NCBI RefSeq assembly: GCF_000008645.1
Contig: NC_000916.1
Location: 810,001-842,000 of the forward strand
Length of the DNA: 32,000 nucleotides
Source of the DNA: Methanothermobacter thermautotrophicus str. Delta H
GTDB lineage: Archaea > Methanobacteriota > Methanobacteria > Methanobacteriales > Methanothermobacteraceae
Reading direction: 5' to 3'
A model generated the notes under the pieces. It searched no databases. It was not told where the DNA came from and worked only from the letters and a program-made list of their open reading frames with translations. A program made the translations under genes and the position numbers. Below are positions 16,614 to 24,329 of the stretch, one piece after another. Every line of letters begins with the position of its first letter. Within the stretch, counting starts at the first letter, position 1.

Positions 16614-18710
16614 ATGAAATGGGGCTTCATTCTCTTTTTTGGAATGACACTGCTCAGCGGATCCAGTTACGGTGCAGACTACATCGTTGATAACACAACC
16701 TACCTTCAGGTATTCACACCCGGCGGGGTGCAGGGAACCTTCACCCTAAACGGGACCGAATACACCCTTGAGGACGGTGATACCTTCACCTTCCTAGAGG
16801 GCATCTATGATACGGTGAACATGGTGATCAACAGGACCATCTCCCTGGTTGCATCAGGCACGGTCCAGCTGAATGGTGTTATTGACGCCATTGCACCTTC
16901 CAGCATAACAGGTTTCAGTGTCAACGGGACAGTGAACCTCCGCGGAAACGGATGTAACCTCAGCAGCACAAACATCACAGGCACCCTGAATATCACAGGC
17001 AATTCCTCGCGGGTCAATGATTCAAGGATACTCAACCCTGCTTCAGCCGTGATGGTATCAGGGGACAATGTAACAATTACCAGCAGCTACATAAACGGTT
17101 CCGCATCCCATGGAATTGTTGTGAATGGCAGGAATGCCCGGATCCAGGGTAACAATATAACAAACAGCAATGGAAGCGGAATCCTCATCCATGGGGATGG
17201 ATGTCTTGCAGAGGGGAACACCATATACCTCTCAGGGGGTGATGGGGTAACCTCAGATGCATCTGGAGCCTCAATAATCAGAAACAGCATATCATTTAAC
17301 TCAGGAGACGGTATAAGATCCTCCGGCAATAACTCGGTGATAACAAACAACACGGTTCTCAGGAACAACGGGACCGGCATATACTCCTCAGGAAAAAATG
17401 CAACCATAAACTCAAACACCGTCAAGTACTCAGGCGATGACGGGATATATGTTGCAGGGAATGGCTCCACGGTACAGGGCTGCTATGTCCAGAACAACAC
17501 GAAGAACGGCATAAAAATAACAGGATCTGGCTGTACAGTCAGCAGTTCCTACACCTATTACAACGGTGAAAACGGGATATACTCCACAGGGGATAACACA
17601 TCATTCAGATACCTTGATTCCAGTTTCAACGCCAGGAACGGCATATACTCCTCAGGAAAAAATGCAAGCTTCTTCTATATAACCAGCGCATCCTACAATG
17701 GTGAGAACGGCATACTCTCAACCGGACCATCGGCAAGTATGCAGATCATCCTTGATGTGACCTCAAATTCACAGAACGGTGTCTCATCCAGGGGTGATAA
17801 TGCATATATATGGTTCGTTGAGGTTAAAAAGAACGGAATGAACGGTATCCATTCTTCAGGAAAGAATCTATATCTATCATACGTTAAAAACGCCACCAAC
17901 AACACCCTCAGCGGTATAAACTCAACAGGAATAAATGCAAGGATACTGGACGTCACTGTGAACCTCAACCGTGGAAACGGGATATACTCCTCAGGGTACA
18001 ACACGACCATAGCCTACTTTGAAGCAGTCAACAACCGGGGAAATGGTTTATGGATTTCCGGAGGCAGGAGCTACATTGTCGAGGGGAATACGACATCCAA
18101 CCGCCAGAACGGAGTCAGAGTGAATGGTCCCGATGCCATTGTAAGGTCCGTGAATGCGACAGACAACACCGCCAGCGGGATAGCCATCTACGGTAAGAAT
18201 GCCATCATATACAACTGCACATCCATGAGGAACACCGATGGGGTGTACGGAATAGCCAGCTTCAGGATGATCCTGAGCAGAACATCAGCCAACAGGAACT
18301 GCGGTGTGAATGCAAAGGGAACTGCAACGATAGAGCAGTGCACGGTGTATGGTAACCGTTATGGAATCTATGCTGGTGGCGCGAATTCAGTCATATACTC
18401 ATCCAGCATCAGCAGTAACAGGGGCTACGGTGTCTATGCAGCCGGTTCATCAGCAACCATCTACAGGAACACGGTACAGTCAAACGGTGGAGACGGTATA
18501 ACTGCAAGGGGAAGCTATGCAAAGATATACTACAATACAGCAAACAGGAACAGGGGCTCAGGCATAAGCTCATCATCCTACAGAGCAGTTATAGCCTACA
18601 ACAGGGCATCATATAACTCCTACTACGGAATATACTCTTCAGGTAAAAAAACGACGCTTGCAAAGAACAGTGCAGCCGGTAACAGAAAGAGAAATATAAG
18701 AAGGGGCTAA
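16614..18710 (+). CDS. Secreted parallel beta-helix repeat (PbH1-type) adhesin-like surface protein
   Basis: Signal peptide MKWGFILFFGMTLLSGSSYGA. About 25 degenerate ~22-23-aa repeats of the type NGIYSSGxNxxIxxN. Many N-x-S/T sequons. An AT-rich upstream region carries a BRE/TATA-like element (aaaattttatatactgg). Confidence 0.85.
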   Translation: MKWGFILFFGMTLLSGSSYGADYIVDNTTYLQVFTPGGVQGTFTLNGTEYTLEDGDTFTFLEGIYDTVNMVINRTISLVASGTVQLNGVIDAIAPSSITGFSVNGTVNLRGNGCNLSSTNITGTLNITGNSSRVNDSRILNPASAVMVSGDNVTITSSYINGSASHGIVVNGRNARIQGNNITNSNGSGILIHGDGCLAEGNTIYLSGGDGVTSDASGASIIRNSISFNSGDGIRSSGNNSVITNNTVLRNNGTGIYSSGKNATINSNTVKYSGDDGIYVAGNGSTVQGCYVQNNTKNGIKITGSGCTVSSSYTYYNGENGIYSTGDNTSFRYLDSSFNARNGIYSSGKNASFFYITSASYNGENGILSTGPSASMQIILDVTSNSQNGVSSRGDNAYIWFVEVKKNGMNGIHSSGKNLYLSYVKNATNNTLSGINSTGINARILDVTVNLNRGNGIYSSGYNTTIAYFEAVNNRGNGLWISGGRSYIVEGNTTSNRQNGVRVNGPDAIVRSVNATDNTASGIAIYGKNAIIYNCTSMRNTDGVYGIASFRMILSRTSANRNCGVNAKGTATIEQCTVYGNRYGIYAGGANSVIYSSSISSNRGYGVYAAGSSATIYRNTVQSNGGDGITARGSYAKIYYNTANRNRGSGISSSSYRAVIAYNRASYNSYYGIYSSGKKTTLAKNSAAGNRKRNIRRG

Positions 18711-18773
18711 CCCCCCTATTTTTCATATAAGAAAACTGTCAAGTCCTGAGACTAATTTTCCCGATCACCCTTT

Positions 18774-20249
18774 TCATTGTGGAGGGTCAAGGACCCGTAT
18801 ACTCTCATCCTCAAAGATCAAAAATTCTTCCCGGTTCCTTGTGTGTATCGGGTATATTGACTCTGGCTCAATATCCCGTATCATCCCCAGCAGGTCTGAG
18901 CGCCCTGCATGGCCAGACGAATGGAACCTTCTGTACTGGTATATGCCGAAGTGCCTGAGCCAGTTACTCTCACGCTCTGCATCAATCTCCATCTCCTCAT
19001 TGAAGGGTTCCGTCTTGGATTTGATGTAGGCTGCCCCCTCCGGTTTTATGTCTATGAACTCCTTGAATTCAAAGTAATCGCACTGGAAGAGGTACTCCTC
19101 AGGTTCCTCCCGGAGGTCCCTGCAGGTTATGGTGTTGTCAAGTTCAAGGAACGCCCGCTCCCATCCCCTGTAGTCCTGTTCCATGTATTCCTCTGGAAGG
19201 TCAGCTGCAGGTATCCATTCCCCATCAAAGCATACGAAGGCGTCCTCAGCTATCAGTCCCCAGTTCCGCCGTGGTATGTAGACCGCCAGGTCCCTTAGCC
19301 AGGGGTAACCCAGACCCTCGAAGAGTTTAATGATGTAGGCCTGTTTCAAGCTGACTGCGAGGGTCCTATCCGAGTTCTCGGCGGCTCTGTAGAATGTCAG
19401 GAAACGGTCCAGGTCCCTTATGGGGTAATTGATGATCACAAGTCCCCTGTGATTAACAGCTATGTCTGAGGTCCTCCTCTCAATGTCCTCCTCAAAGGTG
19501 CTGTTATCCTGATCTATCCGCGTCCCCTCTGTTATCATAACGGTGGGGGAGAACTTCCTTGCCTTCTTAACGAATTTACGGGATTCCTGATCTCTCCGGC
19601 CCCTGAACCTGATATCGCCTGTGTATACGATGGCCTCCTCGGATTCTATCAGATAGGCGCATGATCCTGGCACTGAATGATCAACAGGTGCCTGTGTGAT
19701 TTCAAATTCGCCCAGATCCTCAGCTTTATAGGGTTCAAGCAATTTTATGGGTCTTTCTATTTTGATATTCTTGTCTCTCATGTGTGAGGTGTTTCCAGTT
19801 TTTCTTTTCTTTTCTTTGAAGTGGAATTTGGGTTTGTAGTGAAGGAGATCTGAACTCAATGTGGATGTATCCTCTATGGCCTTCAGGATGAGGAAACTCT
19901 CCTCTGTCATGTAGAAGGGTATATCGTGGCGGATGTACTTGAGACATCCTGCATGGTCCAGGTGGGGGTGACTCAGAAGTATGCCTGATACTGCAGGCTC
20001 ATCCTCGAATCTCATTCCGAGGTACCTTACCTGGTCCTCACGGTAAAGTCCGGGTATCCATGGGAGGGCCTCGAGTTCAATGAGATCTGCGATCCCGCTG
20101 AAGCTCCTGGGCTGCAGGAATTCATCAAAGTACAGGTTTTCAATATTGAATCTTTTGCCAAAGTCAAGGAATATACCATCGCCATTGCAGGATACCTCTA
20201 TCCTGTTACCGCCTATCTCATCAACTCCACCATAGAACCTGAAGTCCAT
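18774..20249 (-). CDS. Metallo-beta-lactamase / beta-CASP ribonuclease, RNase J-like
   Basis: MDFRFYGGVDEIGGN start, HxHxDH motif (LLSHPHLDHAG), VDHSVPGSCAYLIE...YTGDIRF, and C-terminal HSSGHAG...PIHT. I prefer the ATG at 20249 (GGTGAT 3 nt upstream) over the ORF-caller start at 20339. Confidence 0.75.
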   Translation of the reverse strand: MDFRFYGGVDEIGGNRIEVSCNGDGIFLDFGKRFNIENLYFDEFLQPRSFSGIADLIELEALPWIPGLYREDQVRYLGMRFEDEPAVSGILLSHPHLDHAGCLKYIRHDIPFYMTEESFLILKAIEDTSTLSSDLLHYKPKFHFKEKKRKTGNTSHMRDKNIKIERPIKLLEPYKAEDLGEFEITQAPVDHSVPGSCAYLIESEEAIVYTGDIRFRGRRDQESRKFVKKARKFSPTVMITEGTRIDQDNSTFEEDIERRTSDIAVNHRGLVIINYPIRDLDRFLTFYRAAENSDRTLAVSLKQAYIIKLFEGLGYPWLRDLAVYIPRRNWGLIAEDAFVCFDGEWIPAADLPEEYMEQDYRGWERAFLELDNTITCRDLREEPEEYLFQCDYFEFKEFIDIKPEGAAYIKSKTEPFNEEMEIDAERESNWLRHFGIYQYRRFHSSGHAGRSDLLGMIRDIEPESIYPIHTRNREEFLIFEDESIRVLDPPQ

Positions 20250-20431
20250 ATAATCACCCGGGGTCAGTATGTGAGGAGTGCCAGGAGAATCAATAAGCCC
20301 ACCATGCAGAGCATGCACCCAGCGACTCCACCACAGCAATCATCATCCATTCAATCACCTTTATGAGTACCCTACCCCATACCATCAGAGAGACGGCAGA
20401 GGCGAGTCCAGATTAAACCCTGATGGTTCAA

Positions 20432-20449
20432 TAATATTAATTAATATTA
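20432..20449. repeat. 18-bp perfect AT palindrome
   Basis: taatattaattaatatta reads identically on both strands. It lies in the AT-rich region upstream of the RNase J-like gene. Confidence 0.8.
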
Positions 20450-20599
20450 AGCATATTTTATAAATATTTTGCTCATTGGGTTTACATTTAAATGGTTTTA
20501 TAGATCATGGCTATGAGGGCGCCACTGACTGAACTTCGATTTTTTTTATGCTCGAATATGCTGTAAAGCCTTTCATCTATAAAAGGTCTCATCAGAAGG

Positions 20600-20796
20600 C
20601 CCCTGCTTGACCTGCGGGCGACTTCATGGGCTGGCGGTTAACAGCCTCGATGACCCCACCGGAGCTGAAACTCTTAGCATCTGGAGTGTGAGCTGGACCT
20701 ATTTTCTCAGAGTAACTGGACCTGCTGCGATCAGAATGAATGCTGCCAGGGTCCCATAATAGCTGCAGGCCAGTTTTCTGCATTGGCCCCTTTTTT
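20600..20796 (+). other. Candidate unannotated plus-strand transcript (structured ncRNA or gene remnant)
   Basis: A ~200-nt segment visibly richer in G+C than its AT-rich flanks. A TATA-like tctataaaag (about 20575-20584) lies upstream. It ends in the hairpin ggcca/tggcc (20768-20772 / 20784-20788) followed by T6 (20791-20796). All plus-strand ATG-initiated ORFs are short (the longest is 52 codons) and lack an SD. No RNA family recognised. Confidence 0.25.
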
Positions 20797-20849
20797 AAGG
20801 AAGAGAGGATCAATCACTGCACATCATCCTGTGAATTAATTTTTATATT

Positions 20850-20869
20850 CGTAATAGTGACCTATTACG
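20850..20869. repeat. Perfect 8-bp stem / 4-nt loop hairpin
   Basis: cgtaatag tgac ctattacg read directly. It lies in the intergenic region downstream of the minus-strand surface-protein gene. Function unknown. Confidence 0.6.
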
Positions 20870-20940
20870 AAGGTAGCTGTAGGTCCACACGGACATAAGA
20901 CCCTGAAAATTAAAACTGACATCTGCATCATTCAGTTCAT

Positions 20941-20962
20941 AAAAAAAGAAATAGGTGATGGA
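20941..20962 (-). terminator. T7 tract just after the stop of the 20963 gene (minus strand)
   Basis: On the minus strand the TAA stop is followed by tccatcacctatttcttttttt. The T7 corresponds to plus-strand A7 at 20941-20947. Confidence 0.5.
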
Positions 20963-22264
20963 TTATTTGCCCGGTTGCCATATTGCCTCGTTGGATCTGC
21001 CGGCCCTTCTCCTAAAGAGGTACATGCCCAGACCCCCGACAGCCAGAATAATTGCCGCATACACAGGTATAAACCAGCTTGATGATGCACTGCCGGGATG
21101 CTCTGCTGGATTTACTGGTGATGATGTTCCCTGACCGGTAACCTCTTCGACCACAGCACTGGAGTCATCAGATCTTATTCTTTTCATGATCCACGAAATC
21201 ACTGAAGCTTTTCCTGCTGTCACTGATCCATAGGAAACTTCTGGTGTGTTCTGAGCCTGGTTTTCTGGAACACTTATACTGCCTACCTGATGGGCATTTC
21301 CTGCAAGATCAACAGCATAGTAATAGACTGTCTTTACATGCTTACCCAGTTTGACAGGTGCACTGTAAACATTCCATGTTCTGCCATCAAAGGAATAAAA
21401 GATCGTCCCCTCCTCATTGATATCCATGTACAGTGTGGAGTCATCTACTCGCACATTTAAAGATGGTGCTGTAACATCTTCAAAGTCCTTAATATAGCTC
21501 ACTGGATCACTGGCAGCAATTAATGACCTGAACTCTCCTGATGTCAGAGTTACTGATTTTGCAATGGAATAAGCAGACGTCACTGTACCATAGAGTTCTT
21601 TACCAGGGAATGCCTGTGTAATGTACCAGAGAGCCCAGTACATTGTTTTGTAGTAACTGTTAGATGCTGGCTGTATGGCGTTGACTGCATCTTTATTGTA
21701 GGATACAAGTATGGCCTTTCCCGTGTTCTTAACAGGATCCCACCTTATGGCAATACCAACTGCACTGGCATCTGATGCTGTTCTGGTTCCTGTCGTGAAA
21801 TAGTTACCTCTCGCTGCTGAGAGTCCCAGGACCTCCATGAGCACCTGTTCCTTACAGTGAGCAGGCACACCGATGTATGCATAGTACTGTCCATCTGATA
21901 GAGGAAGCCATGATCGGATTATGTTGGCAAGCACGTATCCCTGCGCCAGACCGGACCCTGGACATCCACCCCCGGTGGCAGCCAGAGCGAACTCGTAGGG
22001 CATAGCATAAGCCCACTGGTTCGCCAGACTCACAATATAGTAGTCCTGCTGTGCGTACTGGGGAATGCTGTATCCATAGGTTGACGCGACTGCGAGGGAT
22101 TTCTGATAGCCTTCGGTTCCCGTAGCACCGGCAAGGTTTACAGCGCTGATATCAAACACATTGAACTGTGTCCCTCCATATGTGACCGGTCTTATGGCTC
22201 CATTACCATCAACAAAAACCGCGTGGAGTGGACCTGTCGTTTCGTCTGGTTTTTTAACGAACAC
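20963..22264 (-). CDS. C-terminal part of an exported FmdE-like repeat protein (second FmdE-like module, Y-x-x-DG beta-sandwich-like segment, TM anchor)
   Basis: No ATG, SD or signal peptide at its 5' end (GTG only). Contains GGGCPGSGLAQGY and AHCKEQVLMEVLGLSAARGNYF...IAIRWDP (FmdE-like), IFYSFDGRTWNVYSAPVKL, and the C-terminal TM helix WFIPVYAAIILAVGGLGMYLF followed by RRRAGR. It is in frame with the upstream ORF. Confidence 0.7.
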   Translation of the reverse strand: MFVKKPDETTGPLHAVFVDGNGAIRPVTYGGTQFNVFDISAVNLAGATGTEGYQKSLAVASTYGYSIPQYAQQDYYIVSLANQWAYAMPYEFALAATGGGCPGSGLAQGYVLANIIRSWLPLSDGQYYAYIGVPAHCKEQVLMEVLGLSAARGNYFTTGTRTASDASAVGIAIRWDPVKNTGKAILVSYNKDAVNAIQPASNSYYKTMYWALWYITQAFPGKELYGTVTSAYSIAKSVTLTSGEFRSLIAASDPVSYIKDFEDVTAPSLNVRVDDSTLYMDINEEGTIFYSFDGRTWNVYSAPVKLGKHVKTVYYYAVDLAGNAHQVGSISVPENQAQNTPEVSYGSVTAGKASVISWIMKRIRSDDSSAVVEEVTGQGTSSPVNPAEHPGSASSSWFIPVYAAIILAVGGLGMYLFRRRAGRSNEAIWQPGK

Positions 22265-22279
22265 GTACCAGAGAGGTGT

Positions 22280-23527
22280 CTACGTACCTCTTTTGAGGGA
22301 GTATATGTTTTTAAATTTTATGCCTGTTGCTGATATTATACCATCAATGGCGCCAGCAGAGATTCCCTGTGTCTCTGAGTAACCTGCAGATGTTATTAGA
22401 AGATCATCACTGTCAAGCGGTTCAAAACCAGCAGCTTGAAGGGCTCTATTGGCTACCATGACAGCATTAATACCACTGGCATACATTGCGCTGTACTCCT
22501 CACGTGGGATGACACTGACTGTGCTTGTCCACTCAATTGGAGTTACCGGGATGGATGAAATGTATTCGCTGTCAATTCCAGTATCCCATAGTGTTTTAAA
22601 GGTCTGATAGTCGATATTTGTTGCTTTAAGTACCTTGTAGAGTGCTGATGGATTAGTTGCGAGCATTCCTATACACTGAGCATTCTTTATAAGTCCCTGA
22701 AGTGTCTCCCCACCATTATATGTCATATCTGAGAGGGTCCAGTAAAACATCACACCTGTCCTTGAGAGAGAATCCCATCTTATGTAAATGTTCTCATGGG
22801 AATCATCCGTGTATGCTGATTTGAAGTTATAAAATGTGTCTGAACCTACTGTAACCCACTTCAAAGGCGTTGAATCCATGAAAAACATTGGCACGTCATC
22901 ATCACCACCCCCAGTGGAGACTATCACATGATATGATGTTGCATTTGAAGTTAGTGGATAGTTGGCCAGGAACTGTTTTGAAGCGGAGTATGCCCCTATA
23001 AGACCAGGGCTAACGTTTCCAGTCCACGCAGCCACCTTTAAAAGATCACTGGGTGCGCCAGCATTCCATGCACTCAGCAGGCTCAGCACATCATAACCCA
23101 GATTCGCCTTTGCCTGCTGGAACTGGTTTTCAGTCATGTCAAGACCTATGTATACTACGGGTGTTTTTAGCACTGCCCCTGACTGAAGAACTGTGTATTT
23201 CCTTGCATAATATCCCTTGCTGTTTTTCACGGCAAATGTGAAGGTTGGGTCATGGTCCGGCTGGTTCATCTGAAAAATCTTTGAATATTTTATAGGAACT
23301 GTTTCCATCACGGTCTGTATCGCGTCTTCTGTTGTGGTGTTGGAATACCTTGCTGAACCGGCATTTGTTATAAGGATCATATCATCTGCGTTTGATATGT
23401 TCAGGGAAGTCTCCGCGTCATTTGAGATGTGGTGTGTAATATCTTCCAGTGGTGTCGCTGAGCTGATACCGGTAAAAAGAAACACCGTTAGCACTGGGAT
23501 CACTAGAGTCAGAAGTTTGTTTTTCAT
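22280..23527 (-). CDS. N-terminal part of the same exported FmdE-like repeat protein (signal peptide plus first module), ending at an in-frame TAG
   Basis: GGAGGTGA lies 7 nt before the ATG at 23527. Signal peptide MKNKLLTLVIPVLTVFLFTGISSA. FmdE-like segment TGNVSPGLIGAYSASKQF. Stop TAG at 22282-22280. Confidence 0.7.
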   Translation of the reverse strand: MKNKLLTLVIPVLTVFLFTGISSATPLEDITHHISNDAETSLNISNADDMILITNAGSARYSNTTTEDAIQTVMETVPIKYSKIFQMNQPDHDPTFTFAVKNSKGYYARKYTVLQSGAVLKTPVVYIGLDMTENQFQQAKANLGYDVLSLLSAWNAGAPSDLLKVAAWTGNVSPGLIGAYSASKQFLANYPLTSNATSYHVIVSTGGGDDDVPMFFMDSTPLKWVTVGSDTFYNFKSAYTDDSHENIYIRWDSLSRTGVMFYWTLSDMTYNGGETLQGLIKNAQCIGMLATNPSALYKVLKATNIDYQTFKTLWDTGIDSEYISSIPVTPIEWTSTVSVIPREEYSAMYASGINAVMVANRALQAAGFEPLDSDDLLITSAGYSETQGISAGAIDGIISATGIKFKNIYSLKRGT

Positions 23528-23676
23528 TTCAATTTTCACCTCCATTTAAATCATAAATATCGAGTTACATTTTTATGTAATTCGTATATAAATAGGTATG
23601 TGAATCCACAGAACTGCAGTACTCTGCCGAGGAGAAAGATCAGTTTTAAAAGAATAACTGGGTGTGAAATGCAGAT

Positions 23677-24300
23677 ATGATGATTCATGGATTTAAAAGA
23701 CTTGAAAGTAAGAGAAACCATGTATACTTAATCCAATCAGGTACAGAAAGTTTCATAGTCAAAGTACACAAAACCAGCGAAAAATCTTACCTCGAATCAG
23801 AAAATGTGAAACTACTGAGGGATAAAGGAGTCAGAGTGCCTAGAATACTTGGTGTCTCCGAAAATATCCTGATTGAGGAGTTCATCGAGGGAAAAACCAT
23901 CGGAGAACTGATATCTAGGGCAGACACAAAATGGGCAGAAAGCCTTGGAAAGTGGTTCTCAGAAATTCACAGTATAAAAAAACAGTCCAAGACCCTTTTA
24001 AAGGGTGACTGCAATCTTAAAAACTTCATATTCACAGAAAAAGAGATTTTTGGGCTTGATTTTGAATATATGTACTATGGGAATCCTTATAATGATCTTG
24101 GAAAACTATGCTTCTTCATAATGGATAGTAACTCACAGATGTCCATGAATGACAAAAAACACCTTATAAAAAGGTTTCTGAGTGCCTATGAAGATCACTC
24201 AAAAACTGTTGTAAATCCAAAAATTGTGGCTGAATACATGGAAATCGAGAAGAAACGGGCCCTGATAAGAAGGGAACGTCATACTCCTAAATGGTTATAA
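23677..24300 (+). CDS. Small protein-kinase-fold phosphotransferase (APH/choline-kinase/Bud32-like)
   Basis: FIVKVHK (Lys of the beta3-like strand), hinge IEEFIEGKT, catalytic-loop-like LLKGDCNLKNFIF, and metal-binding-like GLDFEYMYYGNPYNDLGKL. Confidence 0.6.
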   Translation: MMIHGFKRLESKRNHVYLIQSGTESFIVKVHKTSEKSYLESENVKLLRDKGVRVPRILGVSENILIEEFIEGKTIGELISRADTKWAESLGKWFSEIHSIKKQSKTLLKGDCNLKNFIFTEKEIFGLDFEYMYYGNPYNDLGKLCFFIMDSNSQMSMNDKKHLIKRFLSAYEDHSKTVVNPKIVAEYMEIEKKRALIRRERHTPKWL

Positions 24301-24329
24301 TTTGAATAATCGAGCCAGGAGGGATAATT

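Noticed and set aside
16614-18710. Regular ~66-69-nt periodicity that could suggest a CRISPR-like or satellite array
   Set aside because: The periodicity is in frame within a single long ORF and corresponds to degenerate beta-helix coils. The units are imperfect and there is no repeat-spacer alternation.
20250-20339. A 30-codon N-terminal extension of the RNase J-like ORF (MLWWSRWVHALHGG...)
   Set aside because: The conserved MBL N-terminus begins at MDFRFYGG, and that ATG (20249) has a GGTGAT SD 3 nt upstream. The extension has no SD and an unlikely composition.
20600-20800. Identification of the G+C-richer island as SRP RNA, RNase P RNA or a C/D-box sRNA
   Set aside because: I could not find the SRP helix-8 type GGAAGGGAGCAGCC-like motif or the RNase P GAGGAAAGUCC motif on either strand. 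The only UGAUGA (minus strand, about 20589-20594) lacks a correctly spaced CUGA partner, and cGAUGA-N11-CUGA at 20648-20667 lacks a second box pair.
20592-20813. A 73-aa minus-strand ORF in the 20.6-20.8 kb island
   Set aside because: It is a Ser/Gly/Pro-rich, low-complexity translation with no hydrophobic core, no SD and no family resemblance. The region is better treated as a possible RNA or gene remnant.
22280-22282. The in-frame TAG as a pyrrolysine codon
   Set aside because: Pyrrolysine decoding is known in Methanosarcinales, Methanomassiliicoccales and a few bacteria, not in Methanobacteriales. No pyl genes are in the window, and the aligned repeat position is an ordinary His. A nonsense mutation, sequencing error or low-level read-through is more plausible.
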